Source: an uncultured Alistipes sp.
GTDB taxonomy: Bacteria > Bacteroidota > Bacteroidia > Bacteroidales > Rikenellaceae
Direction: 5' to 3'
Length of the DNA stretch: 64,000 bases
NCBI GenBank assembly: GCA_944326035.1
Contig: CALVCS010000012.1
Coordinates: 5,534-69,533, forward strand
Part shown: positions 36,101 to 46,700 of the stretch, piece by piece
Position numbering within the stretch: position 1 is the first letter of the stretch
Layout: each line of letters begins with the position of its first letter
The notes under the pieces: model-generated
Told to the model about the DNA's origin: nothing
Database searches by the model: none
Seen by the model: only the letters and a program-made list of their open reading frames with translations
Made by a program: the position numbers and the translations under genes

Positions 36101-36431
36101 TGCGGGGTTGAATCCCGACGAAGCGCAGCCCGGCTGGAAGCATTTCTTCATCACGCCGATTCCGGGCGGGAAGGTCACATGGGCCAAGGCCGACTATGAG
36201 AGCATTCGGGGTAAAATCTCCAGCCATTGGCAGATCGAACAGGGGGTTTTCCGGCTCAAGGTTGAAATTCCGGTGGGCACCTCCGCCACCGTTCGTCTAC
36301 CGGCGGATCGAGCCTCCGGCATTACCGTAAACGGCCAACCGATCGAACCCCTCTCCTTTGCCCACCGGGTCGCCACCCTGGAACTCGAATCGGGCCGCTA
36401 TGAGCTCGAATCACCCTTCCAGCAGGAATAA
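33150..36431 (+). CDS. Alpha-L-rhamnosidase (GH78) with an inserted discoidin/F5-8 type C-like domain
   Basis: 1093 aa with a signal peptide. GH78 hallmarks YHGFRYAEI and DCPQRDERMGWMGD. The (alpha/alpha)6 C-terminal half contains WERWDG. Confidence 0.9.
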   Translation: MNTRAFIACIAIVALWAGGRPLQAKPGNLTVHQLKTEYLVNPVGIDEIAPRLSWQLSTTVQAEKQTAYQVLVASSAELLRQNRGDLWDSGKVPSEETLHIVYEGKALTSRLEVWWKVRVWDRRGKPSAWSEPARWSMGLLQERDWQAKWIADSAAMKTHIELIPKVDGFCSLVAHRADTTQRVTLDLGTPKTFDAIRLFPARPFDYRADVPGFLFPVRFRVEVADQADFSDLRTIADYTQADLPNPGVEPQRYAVPSTTARFVRLTVTRLALRDGDNYGFALAEMQVLSGEENLAEKAPVLSDDAIKRWNWNPVYLTDGILKSTPLGLEMYGALPATYARKGFSLQKPVKKATLYVTAKGLYEFRINGHRLGHQRLAPEWTDYHKRISYQTYDITPWIQPGENAAAATLAEGWYAGELWGTGRFTYGKYPELLAQIEIEFTDGTRQVIPTDESWRTTTQGPVTASGIYRGEMYDARLEFPGWDRPGFDDRHWSPAGAFVPNALRRVALRNEPIQVEQERKPLSITETSPGVYLLDFGQNLVGCCHVKLQGKTGKTVTFRHAEAIYDDGRLYTISIRQAPQIDQYTPAQDGLFEYEPTFTYHGFRYAEISGVEEAPTPDDVVVRVFHSAAPFTGSFSCSNDSLNQLMSNILWTQRSNLMSTPNDCPQRDERMGWMGDIQAFGQTAMFNMNLAAFITKFAQDMRDGQADDGRFPDYAPHPGAVNDPRKGAPAWGDCGVLLPWTAYVNYADRRLLEEQFSAAKAWVDYIRRNNPDLIWRNGRNNDYNDWMNGDQIITPGWPRKGAEVPNEVFATAFFARSTQIVARMAEVIGYPVEAEQYRQLAAAIKRAFNQAFVQPDGHILGDTQAGYAIALHFDLLPEELRSKAAALMVDNIQHKYQGRLSTGIQTSHRMMMELVREGYADLAWKLMTSQAFPSWLYMVNNGATTIWERWDGYVKGRGFYQESNTNSMNHWAFGSVGEWMWRYIAGLNPDEAQPGWKHFFITPIPGGKVTWAKADYESIRGKISSHWQIEQGVFRLKVEIPVGTSATVRLPADRASGITVNGQPIEPLSFAHRVATLELESGRYELESPFQQE

Positions 36432-36574
36432 CCCATCTTTCGGAAGAACCGGGGAAAATCGGGCGATTTTCACCCATTTTCTCCCGGTTTCGCTGAATTC
36501 TTCTGCCTCAACAAGACCCCCACAAAAAAAGGCTCCTTCGAGGAACCTTTTTCTTGTATCCTGTCTCAGCGAAT

Positions 36575-37597
36575 TTACTTGATATAGGCATTCAGATGTC
36601 CGTTACGCACCAGGTATTCGGCGATCTGTACGGCATTCAGGGCCGCCCCTTTGCGAATCTGGTCGCTTACGCACCAAAAGGCCAGTCCGTTGGGGTTGGA
36701 CAAATCCTGACGAATCCGCCCCACATACACGCTGTCCTGTCCGGCCAGCGGTAACGGCATCGGATAACGTTGACGCTGCGGATCGTCCATCAGCACCACC
36801 CCTTCCGCACTGGAAAAGGCCTTACGCGCTTCGTGCACCGAGATCGGACGTTCGGTTTCCACCCACACCGCTTCGGAGTGAGCCCGCATGACCGGTACCC
36901 GCACACACGTCGCACTCACCTCCATATCCGAATGCATGATTTTACGAGTTTCGTTATACATCTTCATCTCTTCCTTGGTGTAGCCGTTATCCATAAAGAC
37001 ATCCACCTGCGGAATGACGTTGAACGCGAGTTGAAAAGCAAATCGTTCCACCACCGGTTTTTCGCCCCGCACGATCTGTTCGTGCTGCATGGTGAGTTCC
37101 TGCATCGCGGCGGCACCGGCACCGCTGGCCGACTGATAGGTCGACACATGCACGCGACGAATCGGGGAGAGCTGCTGAATCGCCTGCAAAGCCACCACCA
37201 ACTGAATCGTCGTACAGTTCGGGTTGGCGATGATATTGCGCGGCGGATTGATCGCGTCCCGAGGGTTCACTTCCGGCACGACCAGCGGCACATCGGGGTC
37301 CATCCGGAAGGCGCTCGAGTTATCGATCATCAACGCACCATACCGGGTAATAGTTTCGGCAAACTCTTTGGAGGTTCCGGCTCCGGCCGATACGAAGGCC
37401 AGATCGACGCCTTTAAAATCGTCATTATGCGCCAACAGACGCACCGTGATCTCTTCTTTTTTGAATTTATACTTCCGACCGGCGCTGCGTTCGGAGCCAA
37501 AAAGCAACAATTCGCGAATGGGGAACTCCCGTTGTTCGAGCACCTTCAGAAACTCCTGTCCGACGGCCCCGCTGGCACCCACGATGGCAACTCTCAT
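36575..37597 (-). CDS. asd: Aspartate-semialdehyde dehydrogenase
   Basis: [18 protein letters not shown]-binding N-terminus. Active-site NPNCTT. QSASGAG motif. 340 aa. Confidence 0.95.
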   Translation of the reverse strand: MRVAIVGASGAVGQEFLKVLEQREFPIRELLLFGSERSAGRKYKFKKEEITVRLLAHNDDFKGVDLAFVSAGAGTSKEFAETITRYGALMIDNSSAFRMDPDVPLVVPEVNPRDAINPPRNIIANPNCTTIQLVVALQAIQQLSPIRRVHVSTYQSASGAGAAAMQELTMQHEQIVRGEKPVVERFAFQLAFNVIPQVDVFMDNGYTKEEMKMYNETRKIMHSDMEVSATCVRVPVMRAHSEAVWVETERPISVHEARKAFSSAEGVVLMDDPQRQRYPMPLPLAGQDSVYVGRIRQDLSNPNGLAFWCVSDQIRKGAALNAVQIAEYLVRNGHLNAYIK

Positions 37598-37625
37598 AAG
37601 GCGTTAAGATTTGATATTGGGACGA

Positions 37626-37633
37626 CAAAGATA
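37626..37633 (-). promoter_or_regulatory. -7 promoter element (TATCTTTG) for asd
   Basis: Exact TAnnTTTG, 28 nt upstream of the ATG at 37597. Confidence 0.5.
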
Positions 37634-37886
37634 CGGTGTGAAAAGCAAAGAAACAACAAATAACGTCCTCCTTCTCCCCCTGATTTCCGGAAAAAACACC
37701 CCGGTCATCATCCCCGATAGCGTCGCCCGGGCCGGGTTCGACAGTTCGGACAGGAAGACCTCTTTGGAACTCGGGTGGGATCCCTCACCGGAACGGCATC
37801 CGAAAAGGGAGCAAAAGCAGGCCGGAAACGACCGATAACATCCGGTGAATTTCTCCGGTATCTCCTGGGAGCAGCGACGGATACGA

Positions 37887-40247
37887 TCAATCGAAGAATT
37901 CATCCTCTTCGGGGACGCGCGGCGCAATGCTTTCGCTACGATCGTCGCAATCGTAAATGACGGCCCCCACCGGAATCGGGAAGAGGTCCGACTGCGAAAT
38001 GCCCAGCGAGGGATTAGCATAGACCTGCGTCATGAAATTCCCGTAGATCGGCAACGCCGAACGGGCACCGTCCGCTCCGGAGATGAGATGCACGCTACGA
38101 TCTTCGGCACCGACCCAAGCCCCGGCAACGATCTTGGGCGTCACGCCGACAAACCAGGCGTCGGAGTTGTTCTGCGAGGTTCCGGTTTTGCCGCCCATTT
38201 CGCCCTTGAAGTTATAGATCCAGCGCAGACGTCCGGCGGTTCCGTTGAGCACGTTTTTCAACATTCCCAACATCGTGTACGCGGTCTGTTCGCTGATCGC
38301 ATCATGTGAAGCGGGCGTAAAGGTCGCCAATACATTGCCGTGGCGATCCTCGATCCGCGTCACGAAAATCGGTTCGATAAACACCCCACGGTTGGCAAAC
38401 GTTCCATACGCCCCGACCAGTTCGAAGAGCGAAAAGTCGGGAGTCCCCAGACAGAGGGCGTACACCGGATCGATATAGCTGTGAATCCCCATCTTGTGGA
38501 TGTAATCGGCCACGGCACCCGGATTGCCGGCCTGTTTCATGATCCAGGCCGAATAGTTGTTGCGGCTGTTGGCCAACCCCCATTGCAGCTGCCGGGGTTT
38601 ATCGTCATAGACCACTTTCCCGGCCTCTTTGGGCTGCCAGGCATCGCCGGTTTCGGTCGCGATGGTCACCGGGCGGTTGGGCACCAGCGTACAGGGCGTA
38701 CAGTTGAGCTGATCGACCGCAAACGAATAGATAAACGGTTTGATCGTCGATCCCACCTGACGTTTCCCCTGTTTGACCATGTCGTATTTGAAATAACGGT
38801 AGTTGGGGCCCCCTACATAGGCTTTCACATACCCCGTCGAGGGGTCGATCGCCACGAACGACGCCCGCAAAAACTGCTTATGATACAGAATCGAATCGTA
38901 AGGACTCATCACCGTATCGCGTTCTCCCTGGTAGGAGAAGACCTTCATGGGAACCGCCTTTTTGAAATCGGCCATGATTTCGTCCATGGTTTTGCCGTCG
39001 CTTTTGAGCTCCCGATAGCGATCGGTCTGACGGATCGCATTGAGCATCACCCGATCGATCTCCTCCTTCGAAAGGTTGTTGAAGAGCCGTTTGTTGCGTT
39101 TGACCTGGCGATCCATTTCGGGTTGCAGCTTCTGGCTCAAGTGCCCCTCCAGCGCCTCTTCGGCATACTCCTGCATGGTGGCATTGATGGTCGTATAGAT
39201 CTTCAGCCCGTCGCGATACAGATTATAGTCCGAGCCGTCCGACTTCTGATTCTTCAGACACCAGCCATACAACGGATTGTTTTCCCACTGTTCGACGGCC
39301 TGTTCGTAGTCCCACTCCTGCAGGAACTGATTCCGGGTCGGTTTGGGCGAGGTCATCACCAAACGCAGCATCTCGCGGAAATAGGTCCCGGTGCCGGCAT
39401 TGTGCGAAATCGGTTGATAATCCAACTCGATCGGCAGCGCCTGAATCGAATCGCACTGAGCCCGGGTCAGGTATCCCTTTTGCCGCATGCGGTCGATCAC
39501 CAGGTTCCGGCGAGCCATGGCCCGTTCGGGGTTACGCACCGGGCTGTAACGGGTCGGTGCATTGACCACCCCCACCAACATGGCCGCTTCCTGAACATTG
39601 AGCTCATCCGGCGTCTTGTTGAAGAAGGTCCGGGCCGCCGATTTGATCCCGAAAGCATTGCTGCCATACTCCATGGTATTGAGGTACATGGTCAGGATCT
39701 CTTCTTTCGTGTAATTATGTTCGAGCATCACGGCCGTGATCCACTCCTTGAGTTTGGAGATCACCAGTTTGGCCTTGCGAGCGAGGGCATTCCGGTTGAC
39801 GGTATCCCGCGGATAGAGGTTTTTAGCCACCTGTTGAGAGATCGTACTACCTCCCCCCTGGCCCTGACCCAGACCGATGGTCCGTACGGCCACACGGGCC
39901 AAGGCGATAAAATCGATCCCCGAATGGGCATAGAAACGCACATCTTCGGTAGCGACCAACGCCGCCACCAGGCTGGGGGAGAGATCCTCATAGTCGACAT
40001 AGGTTCGGTTCTGCACGAAGAAACTGCCCAGCAACGCCCCATCTTCCGAATAGATTTCGGTGGCCAGATTGCTCTTCGGGTTTTCGAGTTCTTCAAAGGT
40101 GGGCAGTTTCCCGAAGACGCCCAGGCCGATCAACAGCAACAAAAGCAAGATCAGGGCGATCGGGGAGATGATCACAATCCAAAAACATTTGATTGCGGTA
40201 GGAGTCTTAAGTTTTTCGATGATTTTCCGAGCCATGAAAGCGGGCAT
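37887..40247 (-). CDS. mrcA: Class A penicillin-binding protein (PBP1A; transglycosylase + transpeptidase)
   Basis: GT51 motif ATEDVRFYAHSGID. Transpeptidase motifs STIKP, SRN and KTGT. N-terminal TM segment. A TACTTTTG box at 40261-40268 lies inside the listed ORF, so the start is the ATG at 40247 or the one at 40235. Confidence 0.9.
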   Translation of the reverse strand: MPAFMARKIIEKLKTPTAIKCFWIVIISPIALILLLLLLIGLGVFGKLPTFEELENPKSNLATEIYSEDGALLGSFFVQNRTYVDYEDLSPSLVAALVATEDVRFYAHSGIDFIALARVAVRTIGLGQGQGGGSTISQQVAKNLYPRDTVNRNALARKAKLVISKLKEWITAVMLEHNYTKEEILTMYLNTMEYGSNAFGIKSAARTFFNKTPDELNVQEAAMLVGVVNAPTRYSPVRNPERAMARRNLVIDRMRQKGYLTRAQCDSIQALPIELDYQPISHNAGTGTYFREMLRLVMTSPKPTRNQFLQEWDYEQAVEQWENNPLYGWCLKNQKSDGSDYNLYRDGLKIYTTINATMQEYAEEALEGHLSQKLQPEMDRQVKRNKRLFNNLSKEEIDRVMLNAIRQTDRYRELKSDGKTMDEIMADFKKAVPMKVFSYQGERDTVMSPYDSILYHKQFLRASFVAIDPSTGYVKAYVGGPNYRYFKYDMVKQGKRQVGSTIKPFIYSFAVDQLNCTPCTLVPNRPVTIATETGDAWQPKEAGKVVYDDKPRQLQWGLANSRNNYSAWIMKQAGNPGAVADYIHKMGIHSYIDPVYALCLGTPDFSLFELVGAYGTFANRGVFIEPIFVTRIEDRHGNVLATFTPASHDAISEQTAYTMLGMLKNVLNGTAGRLRWIYNFKGEMGGKTGTSQNNSDAWFVGVTPKIVAGAWVGAEDRSVHLISGADGARSALPIYGNFMTQVYANPSLGISQSDLFPIPVGAVIYDCDDRSESIAPRVPEEDEFFD

Positions 40248-40260
40248 ATTTTTCTCGCTA

Positions 40261-40268
40261 CAAAAGTA
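40261..40268 (-). promoter_or_regulatory. -7 promoter element (TACTTTTG) for PBP1A
   Basis: Exact TAnnTTTG, 13 nt before the ATG at 40247 and 25 nt before the ATG at 40235. Confidence 0.45.
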
Positions 40269-40477
40269 CAATATTTCTCTCAAAATCCTCTGTACGGGTC
40301 CGTTTATTGTGGGAAACGACTCTCGCTTCCCCGGACTCCGCCAGCGTGCAGCCTTTTTTGCTATACAACTTACAACGCTCCACGGAACGAAGATATTTTA
40401 TTAACGCCTATTTTCTTGGTGTCTCAAGCAAGCCTTTAGCTCCCTCCAAACCCATTCTTTCGTACTCTCCCGGCATG

Positions 40478-41848
40478 CTATTTCGTTCCGGTATGTTGGA
40501 CGCTCTCCAAAGCAAATAGAAACGTGGCCGCCGTCCACCCCATCATCTCGCTGCAAGGATACTCGGCATCGTTGATCTCTCCCTCCCGCGTATATTTCTC
40601 ATACAGAAACCCCGGATGCCGCGTTCCATCCCCATATTTGAACGAGGGATAGGTCGCCGGTTGGGGATCGACGAAGTTGCGGGTCACCGTATTGAGCCAT
40701 CGCATGGCGACCTCCTGCGCCTGACGGTGATACCCATAATTTTTCAGGGCACCGATGGCGATAAACTGCATGGGCGCCCATACGGCCGCATCCCCCCACT
40801 GATAATGAATCTCCTGCGGTAAGGTCTCACACACGACCAATCCGCCGGGATATTGGAACAACGACAGGTTTTCGCGAATCCGATCCGCCTTGTCGGCCGG
40901 CGCCAACCCCCAATACAACGGCATCAGGGTCGCCAAAGAAGCTACGGTCGAAAAACGTTGATGCACGAAATCGTAATCCATATAGACTCCTCGCTCCTCG
41001 TTCCAGAGGTATCGGTCGATCAATGCCGCCCGTTCGGCAGCTCGTTGGTTCCAATCCATCGACCCCTCCAGGCCAAGTTCCTGTTCATAAAACGCCAAAT
41101 CTCGCTCATATTGATACAAATTGGCATTCAGGTCAACGGGGATAAAATCGTTGCAACGACCCTCAAACCGAGGGGTGAAATCCATCGTTTCCGCTTCGGA
41201 AAGCCGATGGGAAGCCACCTCCACTTTCTCATCGGGCGTAGCCTGGTCGGAGAGCTTGAAACGGGTTTTGAGCACCCGATCATAAAATTCGATCAAGGCA
41301 GCCGTATCGGCATGATTGGAGAATCGTTGGAGTCCCTCCAACGGCGTCCGATGGTCTTCGATAAGATTTCCGTTGGCATTGGTCCAGAATTCGTACTCCT
41401 GGAGAACGGCCCGATAAGCCCGCCTCAACCATGCGGTATCTTTTTGCGGCGATTTTTCCCAGAAACTACGTACCATCATGCTGAAATAGGGGGTCTGACT
41501 GCGATCCTCCCCCCAACCGTTTGCATTGGGCACAAAACCGAGTTTTTCGATTTCAAAAATAAAGTTATCCAGATTATTCCGGGCCTGATCCCAAAACCCC
41601 TCCATCATCAACCCTTCGTTAATGAAGTAGAGGTCCCAATAATAGAGCGTTCCCGGATTCAATGCAAAGCTATAAGGCTTGGGCAGCGCCGACGTCGTAT
41701 CGACATACGAGAGAAAATTCGCCCGTATATACGCCTCGATTTCGGGCCATTTTTCCGGATAGACAGCCTGGACAGAGGATCTGCAAGCGCTTTGCCAGCA
41801 CATCCCGACGGCGGCCAGGAGCGTGATACAACTCGATGTGAACTTCAT
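40478..41848 (-). CDS. Trehalase-family glycoside hydrolase (GH37)
   Basis: Signal peptide. Trehalase signature-like blocks PGTLYYWDLYF, YQWGDAAVWAPMQ, GFLYEKY and EYPCSEMMGWTAATF. Confidence 0.8.
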   Translation of the reverse strand: MKFTSSCITLLAAVGMCWQSACRSSVQAVYPEKWPEIEAYIRANFLSYVDTTSALPKPYSFALNPGTLYYWDLYFINEGLMMEGFWDQARNNLDNFIFEIEKLGFVPNANGWGEDRSQTPYFSMMVRSFWEKSPQKDTAWLRRAYRAVLQEYEFWTNANGNLIEDHRTPLEGLQRFSNHADTAALIEFYDRVLKTRFKLSDQATPDEKVEVASHRLSEAETMDFTPRFEGRCNDFIPVDLNANLYQYERDLAFYEQELGLEGSMDWNQRAAERAALIDRYLWNEERGVYMDYDFVHQRFSTVASLATLMPLYWGLAPADKADRIRENLSLFQYPGGLVVCETLPQEIHYQWGDAAVWAPMQFIAIGALKNYGYHRQAQEVAMRWLNTVTRNFVDPQPATYPSFKYGDGTRHPGFLYEKYTREGEINDAEYPCSEMMGWTAATFLFALESVQHTGTK

Positions 41849-41872
41849 CGGCTCATGGTTTTAGGTAGCAAA

Positions 41873-41880
41873 CAAAGATA
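41873..41880 (-). promoter_or_regulatory. -7 promoter element (TATCTTTG) for the GH37 gene
   Basis: Exact TAnnTTTG, 24 nt upstream of the ATG at 41848. Confidence 0.5.
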
Positions 41881-42043
41881 AAAATTTTTTCGAACGAAGC
41901 ACCGGATCCTTTCTGCGGTTTCCTCACTGAAGCATGATTCAGTGATCTGCGGCACAATCCCCCTCCTTCGGAAGAACTTGCCGACGTTTGTTCGATCCGC
42001 CTTGCCTCGGACGGGCGGCATCAACCCCCTGACCGCTCGCGCA

Positions 42044-42076
42044 CAAAAATGGGGAGGCGACACCGAACGCCTCCCC
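42044..42076 (-). terminator. Intrinsic terminator after susD
   Basis: Minus-strand GGGGAGGCG-UUCGGUGU-CGCCUCCCC followed by AUUUUUG. Confidence 0.7.
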
Positions 42077-42099
42077 AACCAACAGAATACTCGCCGGTG

Positions 42100-43707
42100 T
42101 TAATAGGCCGGATTTTGTTGAATATCGTGATTATACAGCGTTTCACACAGAGGAATCTGCCAGGTAAAAGCATTCCCGGCCGGCACGACACCGGCACTGG
42201 TATGGTTCGTTTCGCCGCTCTGACGATCGACACCGATACCCCAGCGTTTATTCCGCAGCCACTCGATCCCTTGTTCGCCCCACATTTCGATGCGCGTTTC
42301 CAATTGGATGCGAGACAACAACGCCGCCCCGCTTTCGGTCACGGCCGACGCCCCACGTGCCGTCGTCAATTTCGACAAGGTCGCCTGAGCCTCCCCGTCC
42401 TGTCCCGAACGAGCCTGTGCTTCGGCCTTCAGCAACACGGCTTCCGAATAGCGCATCACCACAATGTCCTGCTTATATTGGGCACTGGTCGATCCGTCCG
42501 GTGACACCTTGGCAGCAAATTTCAGGTTGGCATAAGCCGGCACATTATCGGTCACCGTACTCTTTTCCCCGAAATAGTAGTTATGTACCGGGGCTTCCAA
42601 AAAGTTCTGCCGACGAATATCGTTCGGTTCGATCTGGTCGAAGAGACGCTTGTCGATACACATAAACCCGAGCCGCGACCCGCCATAACAATCATCGCCG
42701 ATACAGTTCATCCATCCCGGGAAGTTCGATCCGGCATACGATCCGGTCAGCACATTGGAGACCTCCACCCCGAAAATCACTTCGGGATTGATGGCTGCAT
42801 CCACCCGTGAAAACGCCGTGAACTGCGGAAATCCATTCGGGTCGCCCGTACGATCTCCGATGTAGTTTTCCGGCGAAATGAACTGATTGTCGTACTTCGT
42901 TTCCAGCAGATCCACCGCCTCGATCACCTGATCCCACGCGCCGGCCGCATAGGCGGCCCGTGCCCAGATCATACAGGCGACCCCCAGATCGATATCGTTC
43001 GGGGCATCGGTGAATCCGGTTCCCGCGGCCTGGAACAGCTGTACGGCTTTGCCGGCATCGTCCAGGATATGGGACCACACGACAGAAGCCGCTTCCCGAG
43101 AGCGCGGATCCTGATACGGATCATAGGTGTCATAATAGGGAACTCCCGCCACACTGGAGGCATTGGCCTCGGTATAGTTGTCCGACCACATCTGCATCAG
43201 CCACAGATACAGATAAGCCCGCATGGCCAGACCCGACGCTTTATAAGAGGCCTTTTGCCGCTCTTCATCGGTTTCCAGGTTCTCTTCTTTGACATCATCC
43301 ATAAGGTTCAACATCGAGTTCACCGAGCTGGAGATGTGTCCGTACAGCCACGTCCACATATTGCCGTTCCAGCGATTGCTTTCGCCCTGGATCTCGGTAA
43401 TATTGACATACTGGTTATACGCATCGCTCGTATTGCCCATAAAGACTATGTCGTTGGACTTGACCCCCATGGCCCACAAGTGCATCGACGTGAGGTCCGA
43501 GATGCGGAAATCGCCTCCCGGCACACCTTGCCAGAAGATACTGGGCAGGGCATCGGCCATCGGTTTTACGATCGTGGTCAGGTTTTGATCGAGCACTTCC
43601 TGAATTTGCTCATCGGTAATGTTGTTGGGAGGAGCCACATCCAACTTACTGTTACAAGCACTGCTCAGCAGTCCCAACACCGCAACGGTTACAATATATT
43701 TTTTCAT
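42100..43707 (-). CDS. susD: SusD/RagB-family nutrient-binding outer-membrane lipoprotein
   Basis: The ATG at 43707 gives MKKYIVTVAVLGLLSSAC (lipobox); the listed 43716 start is GTG. Lies immediately downstream of susC. Size and TPR-like composition are typical. Confidence 0.9.
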   Translation of the reverse strand: MKKYIVTVAVLGLLSSACNSKLDVAPPNNITDEQIQEVLDQNLTTIVKPMADALPSIFWQGVPGGDFRISDLTSMHLWAMGVKSNDIVFMGNTSDAYNQYVNITEIQGESNRWNGNMWTWLYGHISSSVNSMLNLMDDVKEENLETDEERQKASYKASGLAMRAYLYLWLMQMWSDNYTEANASSVAGVPYYDTYDPYQDPRSREAASVVWSHILDDAGKAVQLFQAAGTGFTDAPNDIDLGVACMIWARAAYAAGAWDQVIEAVDLLETKYDNQFISPENYIGDRTGDPNGFPQFTAFSRVDAAINPEVIFGVEVSNVLTGSYAGSNFPGWMNCIGDDCYGGSRLGFMCIDKRLFDQIEPNDIRRQNFLEAPVHNYYFGEKSTVTDNVPAYANLKFAAKVSPDGSTSAQYKQDIVVMRYSEAVLLKAEAQARSGQDGEAQATLSKLTTARGASAVTESGAALLSRIQLETRIEMWGEQGIEWLRNKRWGIGVDRQSGETNHTSAGVVPAGNAFTWQIPLCETLYNHDIQQNPAY

Positions 43708-43719
43708 GATTGACACGAT

Positions 43720-46700
43720 TTAGAAAGTAACATTGACACCCAAAGACCAGGTTCTGATCGGCGGATAGACCATCGATCCGACTTCGAAACCTCCGATCAT
43801 CGACATACGAGGATCGATGCCGTTTTTCGTCGAAATCAACGCGATGTTATCGCCGGACACATAGACACGAATGCCGCCCAATCCCCATTTTTGGATCAGT
43901 TTGTCGGGCAGGTTGTATCCGATCGTCATATTCTTGAAGCTCAGATACGAGGCATCGTACAACGTCTTATTGGTATAGCGCTGGGAAGCCACCGTCACCC
44001 CGGTCGTATAGACCGATTGTCCGGCCATCTGCATCGGGAATTCGGCCGTCCGGTTTTCCGGCGTCCAGGTATTGTTCAACAAATCGGAAGAAACCTGAGC
44101 ACCCAACACATTTTCGTGCCAATAGAGGTTATACCCATATTCGTTACTGAAGAATTTACCGCCGATCTGGAAGGCGAACTGTGCCGAAAAGTCGAAATTC
44201 TTATAGCGGAACGAGGTTCCGAAACCTCCGGTCAGGGTGGGGAGGGCATCCCCCATTTCATAGGTCGACGCCAAGGTATAGTCGGTGGTGGTGACATCGC
44301 CTCCGACCGGCGTGTCGATAAAGCGACCGGCCGAATGATCGTCTTCGGTCACTTTATGGTAATACAGGGCCAATCCCGAGTTCGGATCGATCCCGGCATA
44401 TTTATAGGACTGCAAATTGTAGTACGATTTGCCCACGGCTCTCCGGAACTGCAAATTGCCCTTTCCGTCGGTATGGCTCTCTTCGATGTAACCGATTTCC
44501 GGATCGATCACCCCTTCGGGCAGACTCTGAAGGGTGTTTTTATTGTGGGCAAAATTCAGGTTGAAGTCCCAGAGAATGTTATCGTTCTGGATGATGTTCA
44601 CACCCAATTCGACCTCCAGACCGGCATTGAGCATCGATGCGGCATTGGCCGTCAGCGAAGTCACCCCGACCGAAGCGGCTACGGGACGGTTCCAGATCAT
44701 ATCTTCGGTCAACCGACGATAATAAACGATCGTCCCCCAGAGGCGATCCCAGAAACGAAAATCGACACCCACATCGAGGGTACTGATCGTTTCCCAGGTC
44801 AGATTCGGATTACCCAACGCCCCGCGTTTGATCTGATAGATTTGCTGATTGACCAGGTCGGTACTACCATTCGAGAAGGTCCACAGATTGTAGCCGGAAT
44901 AGAGTCCGACGCCGCTGGCATTCCCCATGGTTCCGTAGCTCACCCGCAATTTCAGGTCATTGATCCAGGAGGCATCGGACAGCCAGGCCTCCCGCGAGAG
45001 CCGCCAGGCCGCCCCGACGGACCAGAAGGTACCCCACCGTTTGGTATTATCCCGGAAGCGCGACGATCCATCGAAACGCAGGCTGGCCGACACATAGTAT
45101 TTGCTGTCGTAATTGTAATTCCCCCGGAAGAAATACCCTTCCAGGGCCGAAATGCTATGATCCGACGAGAAGGGGCTTCCGCCCAGATAGTTGGCGGCAT
45201 TGCTCGATCCGATAAAGTTAGCCGGGGCTTCGAAGCCCGGAATCAGGGAGTGGGTCTGACGGATCAACATATTGCGATACTCATCCCGGGTATATTCATG
45301 ACCCAACAGGGCGTCCACATGATGTTTGCCGAAATCGTGCGACCAGTTGAGCAATTGTTGGGTGTTCAGCGAGAGGCTGTTTTTCATATCCTGACGCATC
45401 GATCCGGAGGTACCTGCCCCGGCACTGGCCGTTTGGTTGTAATACCGTTTTTGGTAATTGCCCCAATAGTCGATCGACAGATTCGAGGTAAAGGTGAAAT
45501 CCTTCAGGAACGTAGCCTCCAAATAGCCTCGTCCCGAGAGGTCGTTGGTGATCAACGTCCAGCGGTCGTTCGTCAAGAAATGCCCCAGGTTACGTCCCAC
45601 CGAAGATCCGGAGATCCCCCGACGAGTAGCGCCCAGGGGCGAATAGGTCTCGCCCGTCCCGAAATCGTACGTTCTGTTGCCATTTTCATCCAGGATCACC
45701 TGGCCATTCTCGTCGTAAGCCCAAATCGGCTTCACGGCTTCCATCCCGTTAATCCAATAGAAGGGATTTTCGCCCGAGTCCCCGGCATTCCATCCGTAAC
45801 GGGTAGGCGCCTGCTGGCGTTCACGCCTCACGTAGGCAAAATTGATTCCGGCCCGCAACCATTTGGTGGCCTGGAAATTGATATTGCTTCGAGCGCTGTA
45901 CCGACTGAAATCCGAACCCTTAATATACGACGGATCCGACAGATACCCCAGCGACACATAATAGTCGACCTTATTTTCCACCGCGCCGGAGGCCGACAAG
46001 TTATACTCCTGACGGAACTTGTTTTGCAAGAATTCATCGGCCCAGTCGTCTTTCCACAACAAGCGGGCCTCGGGATTGATTTTCCCGTCGGTACCCACCA
46101 GATAGGCCCCGCTCATGGTCGAGCTCGTCAGATCGCCCGAAGGCGTATAGATCGCACCCGGCACATAATACGGCATATAGTTCCCCAAACCGTTCCGTTT
46201 GAAAGAGGGATTATTGGGATTGGTGTTGCCGTCCCAGTCGAAGAGGTGTTGGCTGGCAAACAGAGCCGCATCCTCATGACTCATATTCGGGTTATTGATG
46301 TTGGTCGTAATGCCTTTCGAATCTTCGAAATTCCGATACCGAGCAGCATTGTAGAGCGATTTCCAGGTGTATTCGTAGACATCGGCATAATCGGTGATCT
46401 TGTCGAGTTTGAACGGCCCCACCTGGTTGATTCCCCACTTGGCATCCAAGGTAATGCGCGGTTTTCCGGCCTGCCCTTTCCGGGTGGTGATCAGGATCAC
46501 CCCGTTCGCCCCCCGGGACCCGTACAAGGCATTGGAAGCCGCATCTTTGGAGACCACCATCGATTCGATATCCCGCGGATTGAGCATGGAGAGTGCATCG
46601 TCCGACGTGGCGGGCACGCCATCGATCACGATCAAGGCGCTATTGTTGGAGTTAGCGGAACCCACCCCGCGAATCACGATCTGCGCATCTTTACCGGGCT